Notes: generated by a model not told the origin, from the letters alone. A stretch of DNA of 64,000 nucleotides from Promethearchaeota archaeon (GCA_048939625.1 JBHLPH010000008.1:23212-87211); one strand, 5' to 3'; counted from the first letter of the stretch, positions 47,073 to 57,338 are shown. Numbers and translations are program-made.

Positions 47073-47613
47073 CTTTCTTTGAAGCTGTCTTCTTTTTGGT
47101 GCGTCGCTTCCGCCGTTTCGGTGCCATTGATTTCGACGATTTCCATGCCTCTGCACCCACCTTAAGTGACTCAGGATTCATTTCAGAGTTTGTTGAAATT
47201 ACACAATCCCTCTCCACGATTTCAGCTGAAACCGGTAAATTTAGTTGTTCACACACGAGGGCCTTTGTTGCTGGAATGCAATCACGTGGATGACAGAGTG
47301 CCAGCCTTAACCCTAAGGTATCCTCAACATAGTTGGGAACCCACGACCGCCCAGCTCGAGGTAAATCATAGAACGGATAAACAAAGAGAATCGCCGGAAA
47401 CTCTGCTCGCTGCGCCTTAACTGAATTATATAATACACGTGCAAAAAGCCACTTACGGGAGCGCTCAAACTCTACCGCCAACAACCGATGAGAACCACGA
47501 GTAATGGCATAATCGATTCGAGTGCGATCCGGCGTCCGGAATTCACGCCAGCCCTCAACATTAAGCTCTTCAACCAATTCCGTAAGTCCAGCAATCAGGG
47601 CTTTCACACGCAT
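47065..47613 (-). CDS. PD-(D/E)xK-superfamily nuclease-like protein with basic tail
   Basis: EF..RIDYAI..LLAVEFERS pattern; C-terminal KRRKRRTKKK. Confidence 0.6.
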   Translation of the reverse strand: MRVKALIAGLTELVEELNVEGWREFRTPDRTRIDYAITRGSHRLLAVEFERSRKWLFARVLYNSVKAQRAEFPAILFVYPFYDLPRAGRSWVPNYVEDTLGLRLALCHPRDCIPATKALVCEQLNLPVSAEIVERDCVISTNSEMNPESLKVGAEAWKSSKSMAPKRRKRRTKKKTASKKAS

Positions 47614-47689
47614 CGCAACACACCGTAACTGTATCTTAACATTTCAACAAATCCATTAATTATTTATCCTAAAATTACTATTATCTAGC

Positions 47690-47935
47690 TTGGAGGCGAA
47701 AGGCATAAAGAATTCCTCTCCAGATGAAAATAGGAAAATTCCAAACCACGATTGGGCTGCATATATTGAAGCTATGCGCGGTCCTTTAAGCAGCCTTCCT
47801 GCTGATAGCCAAAAAATCGATGCAAAAATTGCTAAACAGCGCGCAGCAGCCCGATTCTTCCAGGGTAGCAATCAACGTTCCGTAAACAGATCAGCCTTTC
47901 ACCTGACCAAGATGCTAAAACGCCAAACCGGATAA
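47690..47935 (+). CDS. Small helical protein, paralog 1
   Basis: 31/61 ungapped identities with next ORF; TTG start uncertain. Confidence 0.65.
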   Translation: MEAKGIKNSSPDENRKIPNHDWAAYIEAMRGPLSSLPADSQKIDAKIAKQRAAARFFQGSNQRSVNRSAFHLTKMLKRQTG

Positions 47936-47950
47936 TACAGGATAAAAAAA

Positions 47951-48232
47951 ATGCATCAGATCAACTCTGGCAAGATAAAAATCGAGGATTCAGTACTCGA
48001 AGAACTCGATGCAGATAAAGCCGCAGCAAAACGGCGCTGGGAGGCGTACATCGGCGCGATGCGGGGATATCTATCGAGTCATCCCATGGATGTTAATAAA
48101 GTTGATGCCTATTACGCGCGCCTAAGGGCTGAAGAGCGATACTTCACAGACAGTGATATGCGCAAAGCTCGCCGCCGTGCATTCCTTTTACAATTAATGT
48201 TGTGTCGATATACTGCCTCATATGGTGGATAA
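47951..48232 (+). CDS. Small helical protein, paralog 2
   Basis: WEAYIGAMRGYLSSHP motif shared with previous ORF; AGGA SD. Confidence 0.75.
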   Translation: MHQINSGKIKIEDSVLEELDADKAAAKRRWEAYIGAMRGYLSSHPMDVNKVDAYYARLRAEERYFTDSDMRKARRRAFLLQLMLCRYTASYGG

Positions 48233-48329
48233 GCCTGACTCTTAATTGGGTAGAATTCTTGCAGCCGACACCTTCAAAAACATAAATTCGTACAGTCTGA
48301 GCTATTCCTACAACTATGGAGGCACCAGC

Positions 48330-48596
48330 ATGCCCAAATCAAAGGATAAATGGACCGCCATTGGCATGACCGCTAGTACAAAGAAACGATTTGTTGCCAT
48401 GAAGAAAGCTTATGAGAAAAGCCTGGGAATGGGACCGCAAACCTGGGATACTTTCCTTCATGCCCTCCTTGATCTTGGACCTTTAACCTGGAATTTTCTC
48501 ATTAAAGAAGCTGTGAAGGGCGTTCAGGCCTCCATGCAACCTTGCCTACTCCCTGACCCCAAAATAACCAAAACAAAGGGAACTCCCTCGACCTAA
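48330..48596 (+). CDS. Small RHH/antitoxin-like DNA-binding protein
   Basis: GGAGG SD before ATG 48330; TAIGMTASTKKRF..TWDTFLHALLD strand-helix-helix pattern. Confidence 0.55.
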   Translation: MPKSKDKWTAIGMTASTKKRFVAMKKAYEKSLGMGPQTWDTFLHALLDLGPLTWNFLIKEAVKGVQASMQPCLLPDPKITKTKGTPST

Positions 48597-48707
48597 CTAA
48601 CATTAGCTTCTAGTATTTCTTTAGTCTTTGAGCATAGGAATCCTCAAGAGCTACCATAACGGAAATTACTTGTAACGCGGGATCTTACGGTTATAGGCGG
48701 GACTTTC

Positions 48708-50159
48708 ATGTCCAAAGAACAAAACCTCACAATATTACAAATGAATGATACTCACGGCTACCTCGAACCCCATTACGAAGTCTTCTGGAAGAGTGGTAAA
48801 ACCTCCACGCGAAAAGTCGGAGGTTATGCCCGTATAGCAACACTCCTTAGCCAGTATGAAGTTGAACACCCGAACCAAGTCCTTACCTTCGATAATGGAG
48901 ATACCATTCACGGAACCTACAAGGCAATGAAAAACAACGGCAAAGCCATGGTTCCAATACTAAACGCTCTGGCAATTGACGCCATGACAGCCCACTGGGA
49001 CTTCGCCTATGGACCCGCTGAATTCCAGACCATCACCCACCACCTCAACTATCCGATGCTGGCCATCAACTGCTACTCCAAAGACACTAAAACTCCCATC
49101 TTCCCCCCCAGCACCATCATCGAACGCAACGGACTCCATATTGGAGTTGTTGGAATCTGCTCCAACATCATTGACAAAACCATGCCCCAAGCCTACAGTG
49201 AAGGCGTCTACTTCACCCTAGGCAATGAAGAACTTCCTAACCACGTCAATCAGCTTCGAAACAAAGAACACGTCGATCTTATCCTCGTCTTGTCCCACCT
49301 TGGGTATCCCCAAGATTTGAAACTAGTCTCTGAAGTCGATGGCATCGATATCCTCCTTAGCGGTCACACTCACAACCGCCTTTATCAACCCGTTGTCGTC
49401 AATCGCACTGTCATCATCCAATCAGGCAGCCACGCCTCATTTCTCGGAAAACTTGACATTAAAATTGTCAACAATCGCGTTAAAACTTTTCAGCACAAAC
49501 TCGTAACTGTCAAAGAAGTTACGCCACCCAATCCCGCTATCGAAGACATGATTGACAAAATCATTCCGAAATCCGAACAGGCTAAAATCGACACAGTCGT
49601 TGGTGAAACTCGCAGTACCCTCGCCCGTTGGCGCACCCTCGAATCCACTATGGATAATCTCCTTCTCCAAGCCTGCCAAGACGTAAGCGGCTCCGACATC
49701 GCCTTCTCCAATGGATGGCGTTTCGGCGCTCCTATCCCGCCCGGCGATGTCACCATCAATGACCTTTACAACATCATTCCCCACAACCCCCCCATTTCAG
49801 TCTGCGACATCACCGGCAAAGAACTCTGGCAAATGATGGAAGACAACTTTGAAAACACCTTCTCACGCGATCCCTACCGGCAACAAGGCGGTTACGTTAA
49901 ACGTTGCCTTGGACTTAACATCTACTTTAAAATTGAAAATCCCTACCGCAAACGTATCCATGAATTCTTCATCGGTGGACACTCCATTGATCCTGCTAAA
50001 TCGTATCAGGCCTGCTTCCTCACAGTTCAAGGTATCCCTGCCCATTATGGGGTCAATCACCGTAATCTCCATATCACAGCCATTGATGCCCTCAAACAAT
50101 ATTTCGCTAAACACAGTCCGGTACACTCAACATTGAAAGGAACAATTGTACCGATCTAG
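48708..50159 (+). CDS. Metallophosphatase/5'-nucleotidase family, SoxB-related
   Basis: NDTHG, DNGD, AHWDF, LSHLG, GHTH, SNGWRFG, DPYRQQGG. Confidence 0.88.
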   Translation: MSKEQNLTILQMNDTHGYLEPHYEVFWKSGKTSTRKVGGYARIATLLSQYEVEHPNQVLTFDNGDTIHGTYKAMKNNGKAMVPILNALAIDAMTAHWDFAYGPAEFQTITHHLNYPMLAINCYSKDTKTPIFPPSTIIERNGLHIGVVGICSNIIDKTMPQAYSEGVYFTLGNEELPNHVNQLRNKEHVDLILVLSHLGYPQDLKLVSEVDGIDILLSGHTHNRLYQPVVVNRTVIIQSGSHASFLGKLDIKIVNNRVKTFQHKLVTVKEVTPPNPAIEDMIDKIIPKSEQAKIDTVVGETRSTLARWRTLESTMDNLLLQACQDVSGSDIAFSNGWRFGAPIPPGDVTINDLYNIIPHNPPISVCDITGKELWQMMEDNFENTFSRDPYRQQGGYVKRCLGLNIYFKIENPYRKRIHEFFIGGHSIDPAKSYQACFLTVQGIPAHYGVNHRNLHITAIDALKQYFAKHSPVHSTLKGTIVPI

Positions 50160-50202
50160 TTGTTTTATGATTCTTGAATAGCTGACTTTTGGGTTATTTC
50201 AC

Positions 50203-51093
50203 TCAGGGATATACAATAGTTCCGTTCTTCGGATCCTTCCGGCGTTCAACATAGGTGTCTAACAGCTTCTTTGTCACGGGACCCGGCGTCATCGTTCCAA
50301 TGGTCTGGTTATTGATGCTCCTTACCGGAGTTATTTCGCCCATCGTCCCACAAAGAAACACTTCCTCAGCCATCAATAACTGAAAAGGTGTCATGTCTTG
50401 TTCATACACGGGGAAACCAAGGTCCCGCGCCATATCCAATACAAAACGTCGTGTAATGCTATCCAGGATACTTGCCGTCAGCGGTGGTGCATGCAATGCA
50501 CCATTCCATACTGCAACCAAAGTAGTGCCAGTCGCTTCTGCAACGAAACCTCGCTGATCCAAAATAATCGCATCATCGGCTCCCTGTCTGTTGGCTTCAA
50601 TCGTTGCTAAGACGCTATTCAAGTAATTCAAGGATTTAATCTCGTGACTAGTTGAATCAGGGGCTTGCCTACGGATACTCGAAATAATGGTTGTAATCCC
50701 ATTTTTCGCATCCTTTCCATGCATTGGTTCAACCTGAATATTGATAATTATAACCGAAGCTTTTGGACATTTCTTGGGGTTCACACCTAAATCTCCCATT
50801 CCCCGGGTCACTAGCAAACGGATATACGAATCTCTATACTCGTTTCGTCGCAACGTCTCCAGCACCGCTGCCTTCATTTCTGCCTGCTCTAAGGGGATAG
50901 TCAACCACATAGCCCTGGCACTCCGATACAGCCGATCTAAATGTGCATCCAGCTTGAACACCACACCATCATAGATACGAATACCCTCAAAGATGCCATC
51001 GCCATATAAGAGACCATGGTCGAACACCGAGATCTTCGCTTCCTGGCTTGGTATAAATTCACCATCTACATAGACTACAGGATCTTTTGTCAT
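50203..51093 (-). CDS. ilvE: Branched-chain amino acid aminotransferase
   Basis: DHGLLYGDGIFEG, KSLNYL, ITR, EVFLCGT. Confidence 0.93.
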   Translation of the reverse strand: MTKDPVVYVDGEFIPSQEAKISVFDHGLLYGDGIFEGIRIYDGVVFKLDAHLDRLYRSARAMWLTIPLEQAEMKAAVLETLRRNEYRDSYIRLLVTRGMGDLGVNPKKCPKASVIIINIQVEPMHGKDAKNGITTIISSIRRQAPDSTSHEIKSLNYLNSVLATIEANRQGADDAIILDQRGFVAEATGTTLVAVWNGALHAPPLTASILDSITRRFVLDMARDLGFPVYEQDMTPFQLLMAEEVFLCGTMGEITPVRSINNQTIGTMTPGPVTKKLLDTYVERRKDPKNGTIVYP

Positions 51094-51269
51094 AGGAATC
51101 CACCACTAATATATAAGGGAAAAAGAGAATCCACCAAAAATATGAGGCTGTGAAGGTGAAACCACCACTACTTTTTAAAAGAAAAACGAAAACATACTAG
51201 AAAACGTTGTAAAAAGGCTGGATTCTCAATCCAGCCTACTCTCCCTTAAAATGTTGTGGATGTGACACC

Positions 51270-51740
51270 TTGACCAAATCCTTTCTAGATGAAATCGACC
51301 AGCGGCTCCTCCGCCACCTTATCCGCGATGCACGACAACCTACCGCTCGCCTTGCACGAACCTTAGGATTATCCGAATCTGCCGTACGCCGTCGAATTGA
51401 CCGATTAGTGAAAACTGGGGTTATTCAACGATTCACTATCGCCATTGATTATGAAAAGGCAGACAACCCCATTACCGTTCTCATAGGCGTCAACGTTGGA
51501 CGAATGCCTGGCCCCGAAGTCGCCAAAACCCTGAGGGGTATAGATAATATTGTTGAAATCTACACAGTGACAGGTGAGTTTGATCTTATCCTTAAAATTA
51601 TCTGCCAAGATATTCGATGCTTTGAAGAAATCATTGAACAGGTTCGCAATCAAAGGTTCATAGAGAAGACTCGTTCCTTCGTTGTTCTGAATAAGATTCG
51701 CGACGCGCATTACGATGAAATCATCAAGTTCCATTCGTAA
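51270..51740 (+). CDS. Lrp/AsnC-family regulator, divergent from ilvE
   Basis: LDEID..DAR..LGLSESAVRRRI, VTGEFD. Confidence 0.95.
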   Translation: MTKSFLDEIDQRLLRHLIRDARQPTARLARTLGLSESAVRRRIDRLVKTGVIQRFTIAIDYEKADNPITVLIGVNVGRMPGPEVAKTLRGIDNIVEIYTVTGEFDLILKIICQDIRCFEEIIEQVRNQRFIEKTRSFVVLNKIRDAHYDEIIKFHS

Positions 51741-51749
51741 TTATTGTGC

Positions 51750-52628
51750 TTAGGGGCTCTCAATAACTTGTATTTCGTCGTCGCTTGTAGCTCCGAACCC
51801 GATTTCTTTTGCTCTAGCAATTTGTCCAAGTTCCCAGACTGGTAAGTTTATTTTATTTTTCGCATTATAACCTTGGAGGAGTCGGACGCCTTCGACGTCG
51901 ATGGAGACCATATCGTGGCTTGCTAAGATGAGATTTGGCGTTTCGATGTCACCAGAGGAGGGCCCTTTAGTCACAAAGACTTTTCGTGCGTCCATGACAA
52001 CTAGCGTTGGGTCAAAATAGGAAGCAAGGTCGGCGATCTTATATTCGAGGTGGCGCATATGCATTTTCAGACGGTCTTGACGTTTTATTAATCCCATAAG
52101 GACTTTCATGCTTGCAGTGAACTTCGCGAGAAAATGCGTCTTCAGACAGGGTGCAACTACGAGTCTTCCTAACTTCAATGCGGGTTCCCCGATATGACCA
52201 CTTTTTAGATATTTTCCCTTTGGGAATTCTTGCTTAATCCAGGGATGTTCATCAAGGGAAATGAAGTCTGCATTCAGATCCAAGGCAACGTTACAGAGTC
52301 CTATCTCTTCGCCGACATCTCGAGTGCATACACGTTGGGTTGAAGCATCCATGATTTGGAGTTTTCCGGCTCCCGCAGCAAGTAAAGCTTCACCGAGTGC
52401 TTGGATAAAGTCAGCATCGCTGGATGCTGGATAGGGATCTGCCGTGTTCATATTGGGCTTTATCGTTACCAAATCGCCTGGTTGGATAATGGAGTCGAAT
52501 CCACCGATAAGTTCTATTGCCTTCTTTATATCGGCGCGAAGATTAGTTGAGGCTTTAACCTTACTCACAAGGAACTTCCTTCTTTGGGGTTCCGTCGATT
52601 TTTCAGATTGGGATGCCATCGGACTCAC
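51750..52628 (-). CDS. DUF362 domain protein
   Basis: VTIKPN, LKTH, MKVLMG, ASHDMVSID. Confidence 0.88.
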   Translation of the reverse strand: MSPMASQSEKSTEPQRRKFLVSKVKASTNLRADIKKAIELIGGFDSIIQPGDLVTIKPNMNTADPYPASSDADFIQALGEALLAAGAGKLQIMDASTQRVCTRDVGEEIGLCNVALDLNADFISLDEHPWIKQEFPKGKYLKSGHIGEPALKLGRLVVAPCLKTHFLAKFTASMKVLMGLIKRQDRLKMHMRHLEYKIADLASYFDPTLVVMDARKVFVTKGPSSGDIETPNLILASHDMVSIDVEGVRLLQGYNAKNKINLPVWELGQIARAKEIGFGATSDDEIQVIESP

Positions 52629-52711
52629 TGATGTCTTGGAAGGGTTTGTTCCTAATTAAATTCGCTGGCTTTACCAAAGCTTGGAGTTGAAAAAGATTAC
52701 AAAAAATTGAC

Positions 52712-53560
52712 TTAAGGGAGAAATTCGAGGGTATCGATCTCCATTTTCATCCAATCAATTGTTTTTTCCAAACTCAAACGGATAATATCTAATGCCTTCT
52801 CGCGGTCATTGGGGTCAATAGCTGTTAATCCAAAAGCTTTCACACCTAATAATCTCTGGACAAGACTCGGCTTTAAGGCTCCTGTAAGATCCTGCTTATT
52901 GGCGATAACGACTACTTCGCTGGTTAAACCTTGCTCTTTGAGAAAGTCTAAGATGTCTTTGCTCTGGATCACGTTTTCGAGTGTGGAGTCAGTAACTAAA
53001 AACACGATGCGACTCCGTGAGAAGAGCATCTTCCATAACTTACGGAATCGTTCCTGTCCAGCAAAATCCCAGACCAGGAGCTCGTAAGTCCCGATTCGAG
53101 CACCTTCCACTTTTTGGATGTCAATACCAATCGTGGGGATATACGTCTGCGGAATCGTGCCTCCATTCAGAAGGTGGAGCATAGTAGTTTTTCCTACCCC
53201 CCCATAGCCCAATAGGCTAATCTTCAGCTTCGTAGTCACATACCGGTCCAGTTTCTTCATAAATGCGTCAAATTCTTCTTCATAGCTAATAACACGACGA
53301 AACTCAAATGCCACCTTATCGAGTTTCTCTAACAAGGTAGTATCCTCGTCAACAGGTTCTGCGCACAGAATAACAACACCACGACCTAGAGGCTGTCCGA
53401 TGTATTTCGTAGATCCCCGTTCTTCAATCAGAACTGCCTGGTTGGCTTTAATCTGGGCTGCGAACTCCTTTACTTCTTGATGATCCACATCGATAATCCA
53501 AAACCGCTTCTGCACGACCATCGTGTCGCGTGCATCAATGATGAAGACATGGTGGATCAT
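52712..53560 (-). CDS. Ras-superfamily (Arf/Rab-like) small GTPase with N-terminal longin-like domain
   Basis: G1 GYGGVGKT, G2 PTIG, G3 WDFAGQ, G4 NKQD, G5 TAI; N-terminus MIHHVFIID. Confidence 0.9.
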   Translation of the reverse strand: MIHHVFIIDARDTMVVQKRFWIIDVDHQEVKEFAAQIKANQAVLIEERGSTKYIGQPLGRGVVILCAEPVDEDTTLLEKLDKVAFEFRRVISYEEEFDAFMKKLDRYVTTKLKISLLGYGGVGKTTMLHLLNGGTIPQTYIPTIGIDIQKVEGARIGTYELLVWDFAGQERFRKLWKMLFSRSRIVFLVTDSTLENVIQSKDILDFLKEQGLTSEVVVIANKQDLTGALKPSLVQRLLGVKAFGLTAIDPNDREKALDIIRLSLEKTIDWMKMEIDTLEFLP

Positions 53561-54033
53561 GATAATTCCTCAGGCCTTTGAAACAATTGCTCCTTAGAAA
53601 GCATTCCAAACTGCCCTTAAGAAGGCTCCAGTTACTGAAAAATCCCAAGGTTATCCATGAATTTTCCTTAGCAAAAAAATTTGTATCGGGTTCTTCTGGG
53701 ATATACGGATGATGTGGCTTTGAAGTTGTATCTATCGGATGAAATTCTCGATCCACTATTGAGAAAGAGTCGATTAAACCATTTTGAACTCGACTTGGAT
53801 ATGGGAGAGGGGAGAAGCGCCAAGAAGTCATTGATACCATTTATCATGGTGCCGCGGAAGAACTAATTAGACGATATTAAAAACGCAAGGAGGTTTCGTA
53901 ACAGATTAGTAACATCGAAGTAAAAGAACAAAATATGATTAAAGTAACATTTTGTGACCTCAGAAAGTGAGCCCAGAAGGTGAGTCCGCCTTATATAACG
54001 CGAAGCCCTATGCTTTCATCGGTGATACTCAAA

Positions 54034-54126
54034 ATGCACAAATATCATTATCCTCGGGATGCAAACAGGGCTCAAATGCAGGCAACTCGAGTTAGGTACC
54101 TTTACTGGTTTGCTTGCCGAAACTAA
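54034..54126 (+). CDS. Candidate 30-aa small protein (MHKYHYPRDANRAQMQATRVRYLYWFACRN)
   Basis: TTATATAA at 53991 and GGTGA SD at 54021. Confidence 0.3.
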   Translation: MHKYHYPRDANRAQMQATRVRYLYWFACRN

Positions 54127-54251
54127 GCTGTCTACCTTGATTCCTGCACGTGTCCGATACTTCTTGGGACTCGGGCAAATGAGCACGGGTCCTGTATACT
54201 TTTCTATTCTTGATGGAGACTGATTGCTCTGCACATTCTCTAGAATTGGTC

Positions 54252-55769
54252 TTAGCCAAAGATACGCTTGTATTTAGCTGTAAGGTAATTGACAAAGGGT
54301 GTTGCACTCAGCTCTTCACCCGTGATGTGATGAAGCAAGTCCTCAGGATCATACAAATCCCCCTTTCGGTGGATGTTCTCGACAAGCCATTGTTTGATGG
54401 GTCCAAAGTCTCCTGATGCAACGAGGTCAAGCCAGTTCGGTAGCTTCTTCTCCATTGCTACAAGGAACTGACCTCCATAGATGTTTCCGAGGGCATAACT
54501 GGGGAAATAGCCATAATACCCGGATGACCAATGGGTGTCCTGCAGAACACCTTCGGAGTCAGTTTTAATTTTCACACCCAAGTATTTGTCATATTTTTCG
54601 TTCCAGATACTAGGCAAATCGTCGATTTTGATTTTGTTGGAAAACAAGTCTCGTTCAATTTCAAATCGGATAATAATGTGGAGTGAATAGGTGACTTCAT
54701 CAGCTTCAATCCGGATTTTCGAACGCTCCACTTTGTTTACAGCTTGAGTCATTTGGTCATCGCTGATATCCTTGAACGTGTTTTTCGTAATATCGTTGAG
54801 TTTTGGCAGGAAATAAGTGATGAACTCCTTTGAGCGTCCAACCATGTTTTCTACAAATCGTGATTGGGATTCATGGACACCATAACTGGTTGCGTCGCCC
54901 CAGGGCTGGAATTTTCCTTCAGGAGGGTAGTTCTGTTCATATAACGCGTGTCCGCCTTCGTGTAAGACGGAGTAAAATGAGCCAGAGAAGTTGTTTTCAT
55001 AATAATGCGTTGTGATTCTGACATCGTCAAAGTATCCGGTAGTAAAGGGGTGTTCAGTTTCGTCGATTCGACCGCCTGCTTTATCGGATGTGGTATCGTA
55101 GTGTATAAAATCACAGAGTGCTGTGGAGATTTGTCGCTGTTGCTCAACGGGAACCTTACGTTTCATGAATGCAAAGTCTTTTCCTTTGACAGCTTGGGTA
55201 TATTTGTCAACGAGGGGGATGAGGTCATTTCGAAGCTTGGTAAATACTGAAGTAATTTTTTCTTGAGTCATTTTGGGTTCGAAAATGTAAATGAACGCGT
55301 CGTACAAAGTCGGTGTCTGGAGAACCTCCATGACGATTTCTCCGCGTTTCCGCAGTAATTTTGTCAGTTCCTCCAGTTCCGGTTGGAACATCTTCCAGTC
55401 ATTTTTCTCTTTTGCTGCTTTCCATACTTGGTTTGCCTTAGTTGACTGTTGCGCAAGAGCAACCGTTAGTTCTTCGGGGATCTTCACCATTAGGTCATGC
55501 TCGCGCCTTAAAAGGTAGATATTGCGTTTCTGGATTTCATCGAGCTTTTTATACTCCGTTTCAGATTCAGCTTTGTTAAGGAGTTTTCCTATTTCAGGGC
55601 TAGATATCATGCGTTGCCGCATTTGGCTGAGTAAACCCAGCTGTTCTCCACGTAAGGGATATCCCTTGGGTGGAATATAGACTTCCATATCCCATCCCAT
55701 TAGTGCAATGATCGATCCAGTGAGTGCAGCTTCACGATATTTTGCTATGAGTTCGTCATATACCGCCAT
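54252..55769 (-). CDS. Carboxypeptidase M32
   Basis: HPF, DVRITT, HEGGHALYEQ, HESQ, IRIEADE, YFPSYALG. Confidence 0.97.
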   Translation of the reverse strand: MAVYDELIAKYREAALTGSIIALMGWDMEVYIPPKGYPLRGEQLGLLSQMRQRMISSPEIGKLLNKAESETEYKKLDEIQKRNIYLLRREHDLMVKIPEELTVALAQQSTKANQVWKAAKEKNDWKMFQPELEELTKLLRKRGEIVMEVLQTPTLYDAFIYIFEPKMTQEKITSVFTKLRNDLIPLVDKYTQAVKGKDFAFMKRKVPVEQQRQISTALCDFIHYDTTSDKAGGRIDETEHPFTTGYFDDVRITTHYYENNFSGSFYSVLHEGGHALYEQNYPPEGKFQPWGDATSYGVHESQSRFVENMVGRSKEFITYFLPKLNDITKNTFKDISDDQMTQAVNKVERSKIRIEADEVTYSLHIIIRFEIERDLFSNKIKIDDLPSIWNEKYDKYLGVKIKTDSEGVLQDTHWSSGYYGYFPSYALGNIYGGQFLVAMEKKLPNWLDLVASGDFGPIKQWLVENIHRKGDLYDPEDLLHHITGEELSATPFVNYLTAKYKRIFG

Positions 55770-55921
55770 GGTAGAGGTTAGAGTGGCCTCCGTTTAAAAG
55801 AGAGCCGGATAGTGGAAAACCCCGACAAATCGAAATGTTCGGATTTCGGTACAACCATTGGTTTTAAGACATAGCCGGGTAGGAACACCAATCCCACACA
55901 TTTGGCAGGAAGGATTAAGCA

Positions 55922-57016
55922 ATGGGTGATATTTCACACCTTCTTAAGTCAAACATCAAAAAAGGCGTCGCGTATAACCCAACGGCACTACTCCGAGACC
56001 TTTACGCGATTCGAAACGATTATGCCAGACTCATGGGTAATGAACTCCCTTTTGGGATCTCACCGAAAGCTCGCCAAGCAGCTATCGACGCTCTTGACAC
56101 AGCACATCTGTACCCTGACTCCTCTTATTATGATTTGAAACAAGCCCTTTCAACCTATACTGGGCTTTCCCCAGAGCATATCGTTGTAGGAAATGGATCA
56201 ACTCATTTTATCGATGCATTGTATCATGGATTCCTCAATCCTGGTGATACTGTGCTCTTCATTCCTCCAGACTACGCTCCTTACCGGCTTCGCCTCGCCA
56301 TTTTTGGTGGGATTCCACAAAATGTTCCTCGCCCACCACCTGATTATAACTGGTCTCTTGACCCAGTTTTTGATGCAATTACTCCCGAAATCAAAGAAAT
56401 TATCCTAGTTAGCCCGAATAATCCTGTAGGCAACTGTATTTCTGAAAAGGAATTCGAGCGCCTTTTGGAGCTGGATAAACTCATTGTCGTTGATGAGGCC
56501 TACTTCGATTTCGCGGAGACAACGTTTGCCCACCTTATCCATAATCACTCCAACCTTATTGTCACACGAACTATGGCTAAAGCCTTTGGATTTGCTGGAC
56601 TTCGATTAGGTTATGCGCTAACAAATCCCGATCTTGCAGACTACCTCTCTAAGGTCCTACACCACTTCCCCGTTAACCGGATCACAGCTGCTGCAGCAGT
56701 AGCAGCCCTCGGAGATACCGAATATCTCGATTATGTAAAACAAGAAATCAAGAAGGGTCGGGAATTTTTAGAAGCAGCTCTAAATGAACTTCAAGATGTA
56801 CGAGCGTTTCCATCGAAAACCAACTTTGTGCTCACGCAATACACCCAACCTAATGCCGACTCGAATGCTATTACCCAGAAACTGCTACAAGCAGGTATCA
56901 TTGTCCGAGATTACACAGGCAAAACCGGGTTGAATGGTCAATTTATTCGTATTACTGTAGGAACACATGAACAAAACGAGGCCTGTGTGAACACGATTAC
57001 TCAAGCAATCGAATAA
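55922..57016 (+). CDS. hisC: Histidinol-phosphate aminotransferase family
   Basis: NE.P, GNGS, PNNPVG, VDEAY, RTMAKAFGFAGLRLGY, RITVG. Confidence 0.8.
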   Translation: MGDISHLLKSNIKKGVAYNPTALLRDLYAIRNDYARLMGNELPFGISPKARQAAIDALDTAHLYPDSSYYDLKQALSTYTGLSPEHIVVGNGSTHFIDALYHGFLNPGDTVLFIPPDYAPYRLRLAIFGGIPQNVPRPPPDYNWSLDPVFDAITPEIKEIILVSPNNPVGNCISEKEFERLLELDKLIVVDEAYFDFAETTFAHLIHNHSNLIVTRTMAKAFGFAGLRLGYALTNPDLADYLSKVLHHFPVNRITAAAAVAALGDTEYLDYVKQEIKKGREFLEAALNELQDVRAFPSKTNFVLTQYTQPNADSNAITQKLLQAGIIVRDYTGKTGLNGQFIRITVGTHEQNEACVNTITQAIE

Positions 57017-57079
57017 TCATCAAAAATACACATTCTTCTTTAAATTCGGAAAAAAGTTGAATTCTTTGTAGACTATTTC

Positions 57080-57166
57080 ATGCCGATGGTTCCCTACCTT
57101 GGTCTCATCCTTCTCATCGTTGCCTGGCTTCTGTTCATCCTTGGTGTTAGAACTACAGGTCTTTAG
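57080..57166 (+). CDS. Candidate 28-aa single-TM micropeptide (MPMVPYLGLILLIVAWLLFILGVRTTGL)
   Basis: Uninterrupted hydrophobic helix; T-tract downstream; no SD. Confidence 0.3.
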   Translation: MPMVPYLGLILLIVAWLLFILGVRTTGL

Positions 57167-57338
57167 TGACTACTATCCCTCCCTTTTTTATTACGCGACT
57201 ACCTTTGTTCTAAATGGAATGCTTACACCCGCCTCTAAAATCATCTGGAACTGGACTTAGCCTTGAAACTTGGTGTTATTCTATACCGTGAATAAGCCTT
57301 TATCAAAGTTCTACCTCAACATATGGGGAGACTTATTT

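Noticed and set aside
42232-47613. Beta-class MTase plus the 47065 nuclease as one R-M system
   Set aside because: Separated by about 4 kb of unrelated genes
53535-53866. 101-aa minus and 61-aa plus ORFs upstream of the GTPase
   Set aside because: No motifs, atypical composition, mutually overlapping
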